Shown here piece by piece: positions 24,839-34,419 of a stretch of 64,000 bases of DNA (within the stretch, counting starts at the first letter, position 1; each line of letters opens with the position of its first letter). Source of the DNA: an uncultured Acidobacteriota bacterium. Its GTDB lineage: Bacteria > Acidobacteriota > Blastocatellia > RBC074. The notes below the pieces were generated by a model that was not told where the DNA came from, ran no database searches, and saw only the letters and a list, made by a program, of their open reading frames with translations. The DNA is taken from positions 544,001 to 608,000 of the forward strand of contig CAWCKY010000001.1 of NCBI GenBank assembly GCA_963796275.1. Reading direction: 5' to 3'. A program made the translations under genes and the position numbers.

Positions 24839-25348
24839 ATGAGTTTAGAAAACGAAAAGCTACTTGACGATATCGGATGGCATATTTTGCAGGAGCTCCA
24901 GCAGAACGCGCGGCTCTCCTTTGCCGAGCTGGGGCGGAGGGTTGGGCTATCGATTCCGGCCGTGACCGAACGCGTGCATCGGATGGAGGACGCAGGGATC
25001 ATCACCGGATATCACGCCGATGTGAATCCGGAAAAAGTCGGATTACCGATTATTGCATTCATCCGGATGAACATTACGGGCAACGTATCATCTCAGATCG
25101 TGGGATTGATGAATGACCTTACGGAAGTGAGCGAGTGCCATCGCGGGACGGGCGGCGATTCATTTATCATGAAAGTTCGCGTCTCTTCGATCGCCCATCT
25201 CGAAAATGTAATTGAGAGACTTTTGCCATATGGCACTACTACTACTTCAATTGTCCTGTCCTCACCTGTTACAAAGCGGTTGATTGAACGAGTCAAGAGA
25301 CAAAAGGAAGATTCACCGAAAAAATCACCGAAGGAGATCAAACGGTAA
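24839..25348 (+). CDS. Lrp/AsnC family transcriptional regulator
   Basis: [30 protein letters not shown]...[24 protein letters not shown]; divergent from the aromatic catabolic operon. Confidence 0.95.
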   Translation: MSLENEKLLDDIGWHILQELQQNARLSFAELGRRVGLSIPAVTERVHRMEDAGIITGYHADVNPEKVGLPIIAFIRMNITGNVSSQIVGLMNDLTEVSECHRGTGGDSFIMKVRVSSIAHLENVIERLLPYGTTTTSIVLSSPVTKRLIERVKRQKEDSPKKSPKEIKR

Positions 25349-25364
25349 ATAAGTAAATAAAGAA

Positions 25365-25385
25365 GGGCTTGATGGAATCAAGCCC
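25365..25385. terminator. Hairpin between convergent Lrp and cyclophilin genes
   Basis: GGGCTTGAT-GGA-ATCAAGCCC perfect 9-bp stem with A/T-rich flanks. Confidence 0.6.
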
Positions 25386-25415
25386 AGCCATTTTATTGGT
25401 CATTCTGCGTATGTC

Positions 25416-25871
25416 TCAGCTCATTTTGCCGACGACATAAACACGATTCATCACATCGCCGACCTGAATATTTCGCACAACATCCATCCCCTCGGTCACA
25501 CGCCCGAACACCGCATAGTTGTTGTCGAGAAATGGGGTCGGCGAGAGAGTTATATAGAACTGCGAACTCGCGCTGTTCGGATCAGACGAACGTGCCATTG
25601 CCAGCGCTCCCGCATCGCCGTGTTTCAGGTTCGGGCTGACTTCAAGAGGGATGTTCTTTCCTGATCCACCCGTGCCGGTCCCGTGCGGACACCCGCCTTG
25701 AATCACAAAACCGGCTTCGACGCGATGGAATTTTAAACCGTCATAAAACTTTTTTTCCGCCAGTTCGATAAAATTTGCAGTCGTGATCGGCGCCAGGTCC
25801 TCATTGAGAATAACCTTGATCTGGCCTTTACTGGTTTCAATAATCGCAGTGCGATTTTCAGTTACGGACAT
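25416..25871 (-). CDS. Cyclophilin-type peptidyl-prolyl isomerase
   Basis: [41 protein letters not shown]. Confidence 0.95.
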   Translation of the reverse strand: MSVTENRTAIIETSKGQIKVILNEDLAPITTANFIELAEKKFYDGLKFHRVEAGFVIQGGCPHGTGTGGSGKNIPLEVSPNLKHGDAGALAMARSSDPNSASSQFYITLSPTPFLDNNYAVFGRVTEGMDVVRNIQVGDVMNRVYVVGKMS

Positions 25872-25915
25872 TTTACTCCTCTATAATTTCGGGGAACGTG
25901 GGCGCTCCCTCATTT

Positions 25916-26752
25916 TTACGAAATAATATATCGCTCGATGGCTTTCGCCACACCATCTTCTTCATTCGAAGAAGTTACAGCGAAGCCCAGGTCTTTCAGG
26001 TCTGCTTCCGCATTCGCCATTACGATGCCCAACCCGGCGTATTCCAGCATCGTCAGGTCATTATGATTATCGCCGATTGCCATGACATCCTCACGCGCAA
26101 TCCCGCGTTGATATGCGATCCGGGAAAGGCTATCACCTTTCGATGCCCGGCTGCTGACCGCATCGATGATAGTTATGTCGTATTGGGAATAGCGTGTTTT
26201 GAAGAGCCGAATACGCTCGCCCATCACTGCAAGCAACTGATCGGCAAAAAGCTCCATCTGAGCGCAGTGCCCCGAGAACATTATCTGGATGGTCGGCTCA
26301 ATGACGAAATCCAATAGATCCGGCACCTCCATCACCGAATCACGATACTTGTTCAGGTAACGTATCAGAGTTTGATTCGATTGGGATACACCCTCGACCA
26401 CTATTTTACCGAGCCCGCGCGGCTCATCGCTGCAGCAGATCATGTCTGCGCCATACTTGCGCGCCGTCAAGATGATGTCGCGCGAGGTGGCGTTATCGAG
26501 CGAATGGAGCTCGATAGTCTCAAAAGTTCTCGTATCTTTGTTCAGGGCCCCATTATGTGATATGAGAGGCACGTCGAGGCCGAACTCCTGCAAGACAAGG
26601 TAGGCCGATCCGAATCGCCGGCCGGTAACGAGCACAATATGAACCCCTTTTTCAATCGCCTCGTCAATTGCAACCCGGGTTCGTGGTGTGATCTCTCCTC
26701 GCGGCGTGAGTAGGGTACCATCGATATCTAACGCGAGTAACTTGATTGGCAT
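25916..26752 (-). CDS. Cof-type HAD-IIB hydrolase
   Basis: [33 protein letters not shown]. Confidence 0.93.
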   Translation of the reverse strand: MPIKLLALDIDGTLLTPRGEITPRTRVAIDEAIEKGVHIVLVTGRRFGSAYLVLQEFGLDVPLISHNGALNKDTRTFETIELHSLDNATSRDIILTARKYGADMICCSDEPRGLGKIVVEGVSQSNQTLIRYLNKYRDSVMEVPDLLDFVIEPTIQIMFSGHCAQMELFADQLLAVMGERIRLFKTRYSQYDITIIDAVSSRASKGDSLSRIAYQRGIAREDVMAIGDNHNDLTMLEYAGLGIVMANAEADLKDLGFAVTSSNEEDGVAKAIERYIIS

Positions 26753-26906
26753 AACTTCTCGGCCAATCTAACATCGGCATCTCGAAATTTCAAATTTTGA
26801 TTTTTCGCACCAAAGAGGCAAACAATAAATTACATTCTCCCGCCAACCGCGCTATACGGGCGTACTCAGTGGGAGAAAAGAAAATAGTGTCGCATTCGGA
26901 CTTAGA

Positions 26907-27677
26907 TTAATTCTTTTGTGAAGTTTGCTTCGTCTGTTTGGTGTTTTGGTTCGTATTCGAATTCGTATTCTGGTTCGAATTCTGGATCATCTGAGCGGAG
27001 AACTGACGCAGGGTTTGTGGAAATATCATAATCGGTTCAGGTGCGCGGGCCTTGCCGTCTACGAGTAGCTCCCGCGCGGATAGTTCTTGACCGTATACAA
27101 CCTGATTGGAACCTTTATCCTGAGTGATCACTGCACCTTTCAATTCAAGACCGGCAAATAATCCCTTACTGCGCGAATAAGAGAGAATCTTAGTGTTGAG
27201 CTGGATATCGGTGGAGAGCGTGGCATTGCGACCGACCGGTCCGGCCGCGGCCGCGGCTCCAGCTCCTACTTCGAATTTATTTTTAAGCAATCCCTGAACA
27301 CCGTCGTCATTTATAAACAGGAGCACCAGATCGACAGCTTGTCCCCCGATCTGCAGCCCGAAACTTCCGCCGCCGATGGTGAAATAGGCCGGCGCTCCCC
27401 ACGAGGCCTTATCACGCCGGCATGAGACCAGACCTTTCCCATATTGCCCGCCGAAAACGAATCCTCCCTTGATGACAGTAGGAAAGACCGCTACGCAATA
27501 AGCACGATCGAGCAGCTCCTGTGGAATCCCTTGATCGGGAGCTGACATTATTTCGCGTAATACCACTGCGGCCTTTTGCGCTCGCTCATGTGCATCAGCC
27601 TTTTTGTCCGCCCACGTTGGAGCGGGCGTATTCAAGAGAAATAGGAATCCCATAGCCAGGAGTGCAAGTTTTTTCAT
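26907..27677 (-). CDS. Lipid-binding SYLF (Ysc84-like) domain protein, secreted
   Basis: [51 protein letters not shown]; Q/N/T low-complexity tail. Confidence 0.92.
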   Translation of the reverse strand: MKKLALLAMGFLFLLNTPAPTWADKKADAHERAQKAAVVLREIMSAPDQGIPQELLDRAYCVAVFPTVIKGGFVFGGQYGKGLVSCRRDKASWGAPAYFTIGGGSFGLQIGGQAVDLVLLFINDDGVQGLLKNKFEVGAGAAAAAGPVGRNATLSTDIQLNTKILSYSRSKGLFAGLELKGAVITQDKGSNQVVYGQELSARELLVDGKARAPEPIMIFPQTLRQFSAQMIQNSNQNTNSNTNQNTKQTKQTSQKN

Positions 27678-27816
27678 CGAATTTCTCCAGTCTTCTTATG
27701 TTATGTTCCTAAAATTAATATTTATCGGTTTCAAGGGGGCACCATAATATCACTATTATTTCTATTCTGAGCGATAGTGTTTTTCAAGCAGATAGAAAAT
27801 CGCTTAAGATATACTT

Positions 27817-28914
27817 ATGAACCATCCTCTTGACTCCTTCACGCTCACGCCAATGTCAGCCGGTGACATCATTGATCGTGCGGTTCGTCTCTACCGTTAT
27901 AATTTTTTCGTCCTTTTGAGGATTGTTCTTGCTCCGAGCATCGTAGCGTTTGCAGGTGGCATTCTTTATACGATCGGATTTCGCAATATCTCGCTGGTGC
28001 GCGGAGATGCGCGACTGGTCGCGACCGGCTCCATGATCGCCCTTGGAATACTGTTGATGGTCATCGGTAAAGCCGCATTTTATGCCGTGCTCGGCGGCGC
28101 CTCACGCTCGCTCGTCCATCACTACTTTGATGGTACGCCACTGCGCGCACGAGATGTTTATCAGGCAGTCCGCGAAAGGCTATGGTCAATCATCGGAGCA
28201 ACCATCATTCTCGGATTGATAGCGATCTTTATCGCCGGCGTGATCTTATTTATAGTTGGGTTTCTCTTCTCTATCTATGCCATCTTGGCTGCGTTTATGA
28301 TCCCGAGCATGCCATTCTGGCTGCAGTCAACTTCGCATGTGATCTTTGGTGTATTCTTGATTGCGCTCATTGTTATACTGGCGCTGCTATCATACAGCCG
28401 CATCGTTTATGTGCCGCAGGTTTTGATGGTTGAGGGGAGAAGCGTATTCGGTTCAATCGGACGTAGCTTTTCGCTCGCCGGCGGAGCGGTCCTACGAATT
28501 GCCGCAATCATCCTTTTCTGGTTTTACGTGGCCTGGTCGCTGTTGCTGCTCTTGATGATTCCACTCGGATGGTATGCATATTGGACGGGGGTGGATATAA
28601 GTCTGTTCACCACGGAAGGCCCGTTCTGGTACAACATCGTGCAACAGACCTTAGCCCAGCTTAGCGAAATCTTGATTGCGCCCATTGTCATGCTCGGTTT
28701 TACCCTGCTCTACCTCGACAGTCGTGTTCGAAAAGAAGGCTTTGATATCGAGTTGCTGGCCAATCGGTTTCTTTCGCCGCCTCATGAAAGGTCGCATCCT
28801 GAAATAATAATCGAATCTTCCGGCGCGCCTCTACGTCCTGATCGGTTGGAAACAGTGGAGGTGGAACAGTCGAATATCGAAGAGTCGCCCGTGACGTCAC
28901 AGCCAGCCTCGTAA
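27817..28914 (+). CDS. Multi-pass membrane protein (glycerophosphodiesterase-membrane-domain-like)
   Basis: PMSAGDIIDRAVRLYR N-terminus, multiple TMs, LLYLDSRVRKEGFDIE C-terminal motif typical of genes in MoxR/DUF58/DUF4350 loci. Confidence 0.75.
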   Translation: MNHPLDSFTLTPMSAGDIIDRAVRLYRYNFFVLLRIVLAPSIVAFAGGILYTIGFRNISLVRGDARLVATGSMIALGILLMVIGKAAFYAVLGGASRSLVHHYFDGTPLRARDVYQAVRERLWSIIGATIILGLIAIFIAGVILFIVGFLFSIYAILAAFMIPSMPFWLQSTSHVIFGVFLIALIVILALLSYSRIVYVPQVLMVEGRSVFGSIGRSFSLAGGAVLRIAAIILFWFYVAWSLLLLLMIPLGWYAYWTGVDISLFTTEGPFWYNIVQQTLAQLSEILIAPIVMLGFTLLYLDSRVRKEGFDIELLANRFLSPPHERSHPEIIIESSGAPLRPDRLETVEVEQSNIEESPVTSQPAS

Positions 28915-28924
28915 TTGAAGCCGT

Positions 28925-29944
28925 ATGGAACATCTGCGCAATAATTTTTTCCTGTTTATATTCTTGCAGTTATTCTTCACTATCCCGGCTCCAGGCGCAC
29001 CTATTCCTTTCACAGGCTACGTGACCAGGATCGAACAGGCGCAATCCGCCGTAGGGGGATTAATCGAGAATGATAGCTCGGGAGAGAAATTGCGCAGGCA
29101 AATAGCGGCGATCAAGCGGTTCGTCCCGCCGCAGCAGGAGGTCCAATTCAAAGGTAGAGTGGTCCGCGTTGACAATTCCTGGCTGCACAATGCGATCGAC
29201 GAGGTGGCGAAGAAGCCCGGAGACGACGCCGAAGCCCGGCGAGCTGTATTGAAGGAAATATCCGACCGGTTATCTGCGCTTCAAGAAAGGTTTAGTGGCC
29301 CGCAGCGAAGCGCGAATGCCGATGACTCTGGCGTCCAATTGGATCGCATTCTCGCTCGCTCTGAGTATCGCCTGGACGAAGAACGAGACGCTACCGTCAA
29401 AAAATTTCTCAACAATCTGTGGGAAGACATACGCCGTTTGTTAAATAGATTGGTCGCTTCACCAGGCAGAGAACCGGAATTACCGGACACTGGCGGGTTA
29501 TTCCGTATCCTGCTCGTAATTATTGTGCTGGTCGCTTCTGCAACCGGCGCCCTTTATCTATCCAGCCGCCTGCGCCGCAGACGCCAACAGGAGAAAGAGA
29601 ATTATGCACGTGAGATTTTGGGCGAGCAGTTAGCCGGAGACATTACCTCAGGTGATCTCCTGGTTTCAGCGGCCGAGCTTGCGAAACAGGGCGATTATCG
29701 TACCGCGATACGACGCGTCTACATCGCGTTGCTTCTCGATCTGGAGCGGCGCGGCAAATTGCCCTTGCATCCTTCGAAAACCAACCGTGATTACCTGAAT
29801 GCCCTGCGGTCGGAGCGCTTGATCTACCCATCATTCTCTACCATGACCGGCACCTTCGAGCAGACGTGGTATGGGCAAAGAGGCGCGACCGAAGAGGAGT
29901 TCAACGGATTCGTCTCGCGCTACGATGAAGCAATAAGAAGTTGA
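28925..29944 (+). CDS. DUF4129 domain-containing protein
   Basis: GDYRTAIRRVYIALL...KTNRDYL...FEQTWYG C-terminal DUF4129 pattern; one internal TM. Confidence 0.85.
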   Translation: MEHLRNNFFLFIFLQLFFTIPAPGAPIPFTGYVTRIEQAQSAVGGLIENDSSGEKLRRQIAAIKRFVPPQQEVQFKGRVVRVDNSWLHNAIDEVAKKPGDDAEARRAVLKEISDRLSALQERFSGPQRSANADDSGVQLDRILARSEYRLDEERDATVKKFLNNLWEDIRRLLNRLVASPGREPELPDTGGLFRILLVIIVLVASATGALYLSSRLRRRRQQEKENYAREILGEQLAGDITSGDLLVSAAELAKQGDYRTAIRRVYIALLLDLERRGKLPLHPSKTNRDYLNALRSERLIYPSFSTMTGTFEQTWYGQRGATEEEFNGFVSRYDEAIRS

Positions 29945-29990
29945 TAGCAAGGATCTGAGAATACACCCAACTATCAACTATCATTCTGTT

Positions 29991-31349
29991 ATGCGTCGTT
30001 ACCTGGGCATTATCACCGCCTCATTGATCGTTATCGGCGTGCTCGTTGCTTTGAGCGCGGCCGGAAGCATAGAGCTCGACCGGCCAGAGGAGAGCGAAAT
30101 GCAGCCGATTCGTTCAAGCTACAGTACCGGAGCAACCGGAACGCGGGCCTTTTATCAGCTGCTCGAAGAGTCAGGCCGGCCGGTCGCCCGTTGGCGGGAG
30201 AGCTATCTATCACTCCGTGAAATGGCAGGCGATGCTCTGATCATAGCCGTCGGACCGTTTCAGGACGACGTGACGCTTCCCACAAACGAAGCGGAAGCGC
30301 TCAAGGATTTCATCGCATCCGGCGGAAATGCCTTGATCATCAGTCGTTCCCCGACCAAGCAGTTGGGCGACCCTGATATCCACTCTATTTCTATTGATTC
30401 AAGCATAACGGCCAAAAATCCTCCGTGGAATGCAGCGCCCGAAATGTTGGTCGACTCCAAGAGCAATGACCTCGTCGTCCAGCCGACAGAATTGACCAAA
30501 GACCTGGCAGAACTTGCTATTTCCAAACTCGCGTCACGCCTGAATTTTAATACGTCGGTGAGGGTGCCTCGTCCAACTCCGAAGGCTGAGAGCGAATCGT
30601 CGCAATCCGATTCGATTCCCGTTGATATCGAAGTTGCGGCGGAATTGAAGCCGGGAATAAAGCCTTTTGCTCCCGTCATTCATCTAGGCGATTCGGACGG
30701 CGCGGTCCTGGCCGATTTTAAGTATGGGGATGGAAGAGTCATCTTTCTCTCAGATCCGTTCGTTATCGCCAACAATGGCATCGCTCGCGGATCGAACCTG
30801 AGGCTGGCTCTCAACCTGATCGATTCGCTCGGCGCTGGCCGCGACGCCACTAGGCGCAGGATTTACTTCGACGAGTATCATCACGGCTACCGCAGCCAGA
30901 ACAACCCGCTCGTCAATTATTTTCGCGGCACACCGATGGTCTGGTTGCTCCTACAGGGGTTGATCCTGAGCCTTTTGATTGTCTATACCTTTGGCAAGCG
31001 GTTCGCGCGGCCATTGCCGATGCCGCAGGTTGATCGCCATTCCCCGCTCGAGTTCGTCGGCTCAATGGCCAATCTGCAGCAGGTCGCGAAGGCGCGCGAC
31101 CTTGCTATCGAAAATATTTTTCCGAGATTCAAGGCTCAGCTTTGCCGCCGGATCGGACTCTCTTCACGAGCCCATCCCGAGGAGATTATTGCGGGCGTGC
31201 GCCGCCGGCATTTGCCGGTTTCCGAGATGGAGATTAGACAGGCGCTGAGCGAAAGCGAGTTGATCTTGCGCGGGGAAGAGCTGGATGATGCTCAAATGGT
31301 AAGGATCGTTGCGCGCATGCGAAATATCATGGCGAAGCTTAAACTGTAA
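29991..31349 (+). CDS. DUF4350 domain-containing protein
   Basis: SSYSTGATGTRAFYQLL, FIASGG, GDGRVIFLSDP..N, IYFDEYHHG, RFARP, EFVGSMANL. Confidence 0.85.
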   Translation: MRRYLGIITASLIVIGVLVALSAAGSIELDRPEESEMQPIRSSYSTGATGTRAFYQLLEESGRPVARWRESYLSLREMAGDALIIAVGPFQDDVTLPTNEAEALKDFIASGGNALIISRSPTKQLGDPDIHSISIDSSITAKNPPWNAAPEMLVDSKSNDLVVQPTELTKDLAELAISKLASRLNFNTSVRVPRPTPKAESESSQSDSIPVDIEVAAELKPGIKPFAPVIHLGDSDGAVLADFKYGDGRVIFLSDPFVIANNGIARGSNLRLALNLIDSLGAGRDATRRRIYFDEYHHGYRSQNNPLVNYFRGTPMVWLLLQGLILSLLIVYTFGKRFARPLPMPQVDRHSPLEFVGSMANLQQVAKARDLAIENIFPRFKAQLCRRIGLSSRAHPEEIIAGVRRRHLPVSEMEIRQALSESELILRGEELDDAQMVRIVARMRNIMAKLKL

Positions 31350-31366
31350 GCGTCATCGAAGCATTT

Positions 31367-31603
31367 TTATACTTTCTCGCCGCGCGCGCGCATATCAGCG
31401 AGCACTCTTTCAATGCCTAATTTATCGATGGTCTTGATCCCGCGCGCCGTGACGCGTAATCGCACCCAGCGGCCCTCGCTCGGCACCCAGAAACGGTGAT
31501 TCTGCAAATTCGGCTCGAAGCGGCGTTTCGTTTTGTTGTTTGCGTGCGAAACGTTGTTACCGGACATGGGCTTCTTGCCCGTCACCTGGCATCTTTTTGC
31601 CAC
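31367..31603 (-). CDS. rpmB: 50S ribosomal protein bL28 (78-aa single-Cys type)
   Basis: [34 protein letters not shown]; GTG start with SD AGGAGG. Confidence 0.97.
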   Translation of the reverse strand: MAKRCQVTGKKPMSGNNVSHANNKTKRRFEPNLQNHRFWVPSEGRWVRLRVTARGIKTIDKLGIERVLADMRARGEKV

Positions 31604-31688
31604 TGTAATTTCCTCCTAAGTATCTTTGCATTACCGCGAAGCCTGAAAAAATAGCACAAAATAACATCGTTACGCCAGCGGATTTCGT

Positions 31689-32861
31689 TTACTTTTCGGC
31701 CTGCAGGCGGATATAGCTCAAAAGACAGCCGAAATGACCGAACCTCGCGAACCAAATCTTCTTTTCCTGCCAGTTTAGCTCTTCGGCAATTACCCTGAGT
31801 AGTTCTGATCCTGCGATCAGCTGCTGAGTCGATAAGGCGTTTCTCAACTCCACCAGATCCTTTTCCACCTCCTGGCGCACCTTTCGTTCGCTGATCCCCG
31901 AGAGGTCGGGGTTCAGCAGGGTTTGTGGATTTCGCGATGCTTGAGTCGCGAATGCCGAAATGTCCTTCATCGTGATCGGGACAAAAGTCTGTCGCTCCGC
32001 CGGGAAGAGAAGAGTCGACAGCGCCCAGATGATGCGACCTGTGAGGTAGACGCGTTTGCGATTGAACAACCCCGGCTTACCCTCGATTTCATTTCGCAGA
32101 GCATCCCGGACCGTACCCGCTCCGAGAGCCCTTGCCTGTTGGATCAGCGCGGTCCAGTCGCCGTTCACCCCGATAGCTTTAATCGCCTCATCAGTAAAGC
32201 TGACTGACCCATGTGAGAGATTCATGGTGACGAAATCGTATTGGGCGGCCGGGGCATACCTTAAAAGTTCGTAGCCGCCTTTTGTGTTGCGGTCCCCCAC
32301 CTCGATTAGCACCGAAGCGCTGCGGTTATCGATCTGCGTATTACCGACTCGTTCCCGCTTCGGGATGATTCCCACGATACTGAGTTGAGTCTCGGTCGCT
32401 TGATCAAGAAAGACGACCGTCTTCTCCGTGCGTCTTTTTATGGCGCTCTCAAGTTGCTCCCGGAGTCTGGCATCCAATCCACTCCTGCCTATGATAAATA
32501 CCTGCTCGGCCGGCACTCGATATTGTTGTTGTAATTGCGACTGAACTTTTGCGACAGTGGCGGCGGCGTTCTCAGCTACCCGCGCCGCATCTATCACACT
32601 TCCGATGGGCTCCAGGGACAGCTCGATCATTTCAGAATTTATGAGCCTGATGCCGGATCCGTCTTCGCTATTCGAAATCCGGATTGTTATGGCTTTTATC
32701 CCTTCGCCGCTGAGTTCGATGCCGGCGAAGAGTTCCTTGGTTGTGATCGAAGATTGTCCCCCCGCGAACGCCCCCAGGACAGGAAGTATCAAGCTCAGTA
32801 TCAGGGCAGTCTCCAGGATTTTACGAACTTTGAAGGCGAAATCACCGATCCGTTGAGTCAT
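31689..32861 (-). CDS. Secreted ASKHA-fold (Ppx/GppA-like) hypothetical protein
   Basis: Hydrophobic N-terminal segment; FAGIELSGEGIK (phosphate-1-like), LIEVGDRNTKGG (phosphate-2-like), VYLTGRIIWA. Confidence 0.6.
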   Translation of the reverse strand: MTQRIGDFAFKVRKILETALILSLILPVLGAFAGGQSSITTKELFAGIELSGEGIKAITIRISNSEDGSGIRLINSEMIELSLEPIGSVIDAARVAENAAATVAKVQSQLQQQYRVPAEQVFIIGRSGLDARLREQLESAIKRRTEKTVVFLDQATETQLSIVGIIPKRERVGNTQIDNRSASVLIEVGDRNTKGGYELLRYAPAAQYDFVTMNLSHGSVSFTDEAIKAIGVNGDWTALIQQARALGAGTVRDALRNEIEGKPGLFNRKRVYLTGRIIWALSTLLFPAERQTFVPITMKDISAFATQASRNPQTLLNPDLSGISERKVRQEVEKDLVELRNALSTQQLIAGSELLRVIAEELNWQEKKIWFARFGHFGCLLSYIRLQAEK

Positions 32862-32867
32862 AGTCTG

Positions 32868-33797
32868 CTATTGATTGAATGGATCGAATATCAAGGTCAA
32901 GCTGCTCTGAACTTTGACCCGTGCGCCATTGATTCTCGTAGGTTTGAATACCCATTTGCGGATCGCATCCAGTGCCGCGGTGTGCAGCATTGGATGCCCG
33001 CTCACTGCTACTGCTTCGATTACCCGGCCTTCCTCCGAAACGACGAAATGGACCTCGACCGGACCGGAGGCGTTAGCGTTTAGGGCGAAGCGCGGATAAA
33101 CGGGCCTGACCTTCTTTCTGGCGATCCCGCGAATTTCCCCTTCGGTAACCTTTCGTATCGATCTTAGCGGAATTACCAGACTCGGCCTCTCCTCTACCTC
33201 CGCCAAGATGTCCGGATCTAGGGTGATGCCGAAAGAGGCGGGAGTGAAGTAATCGAGATGAGCTGGAATGGCGAGCGAAGGTCGATTCCATGAGAGCTTG
33301 TTGATAGATTCCGAGGAGATTGTTGGAAAGGAATATTCGGGCGACATTTCCGGGGTGACGAAACGTAAATTCTGAGCCAGACGCACCATCTCCGGCAGGG
33401 AGCGCAAGCGGCGAACCTGGTAGAGTTGATTATCGTGTTCAATCACTGCGTGAAAGAATGACGGCGCCCCGGTCACTCCTTTTTTGAATGTTCCGACGGA
33501 GATTGCGACTACTACCTTGTTTCCGTTCGACAGAACAGCATTTGCTTCCGTACACGCAAGCAGGTCTCGATCTGAACCAGGCCGCTCGCCACATTCGGTA
33601 AGCTGCCATAGTATTCCGGCGTCCGGGCCTGTCAAATCCTTAAACCAGTCGGCGAAAGGGCGTTCCGGTAATCCTTGATCGAGCGTCGACGTCGGCATCC
33701 GTTGTACCAGCGAAATTGCTTGCTTCTCGAACGTTATGATCTGAGATGCTCCACTTAACCAGATGAATAAGCCTGTTAGAATAGCTGATATCTTCAT
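32868..33797 (-). CDS. Secreted protein with C-terminal TonB domain
   Basis: PVYPRFA...SGPVEVHFVVSEEGRVIEAVAVSGHPMLHTAALDAIRKWVFKP; signal peptide. Confidence 0.85.
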   Translation of the reverse strand: MKISAILTGLFIWLSGASQIITFEKQAISLVQRMPTSTLDQGLPERPFADWFKDLTGPDAGILWQLTECGERPGSDRDLLACTEANAVLSNGNKVVVAISVGTFKKGVTGAPSFFHAVIEHDNQLYQVRRLRSLPEMVRLAQNLRFVTPEMSPEYSFPTISSESINKLSWNRPSLAIPAHLDYFTPASFGITLDPDILAEVEERPSLVIPLRSIRKVTEGEIRGIARKKVRPVYPRFALNANASGPVEVHFVVSEEGRVIEAVAVSGHPMLHTAALDAIRKWVFKPTRINGARVKVQSSLTLIFDPFNQ

Positions 33798-33807
33798 ACC
33801 ACCTTCA

Positions 33808-34271
33808 TTAAAATCAACCTTAAAATCAACCTTAGTTGAATTATCCGCGGTTCAGCGGCATAGGAAATTTGATGCATCGCGGGGTAATCCATCATCTCCG
33901 GAAAAGTGGAACCACCTCGTTGGCTCCGGGAGAATTGATGCGAAAAGGCATCAGATAAGCTATACATTTTGTCGTGGGAAGTCAATGGGTTGCACGTCTC
34001 GCCCGTAAGAACAATTCATTTTCCATTTTCCATTTTTCCCTTTCGAATCAAGTACATTATCAATGGTCGAAGAAAGTGAAAATTGAGATTGGAAATGTTT
34101 TTATCGAAAGGTTATGAGTACAACTAGTATTGACTACCCCGTCATATTAATGATTTACTTGAACCGTAGTAAAATATAAATACTCTCTTGAGTATTTCTT
34201 CTTGAGTATTTCTTAGTGATACTTACCCTGTGCCCCCATCTTCAAAACGAAGTCGAATTTAGAAGTCGAAT
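33808..34271. repeat. Three separate short tandem duplications in a divergent AT-rich intergenic region
   Basis: TTAAAATCAACC x2 (33808-33834), TCTTGAGTATTTCT x2 (34186-34214), GAAGTCGAAT x2 at 13-bp spacing (34249-34271). Confidence 0.75.
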
Positions 34272-34419
34272 ATATTGAAATCAGAAGATAGCTTAAGTAT
34301 CGTTGCTATATATATCTCCTTGAATATGTCGACCTGTCCCAGGACGGCGATTCTTCCGTCAAGGTTTGGTAGATTCTTCGATTCCATGTTTCACCCATAA
34401 CTTCTAAGGAGCTGCACCG

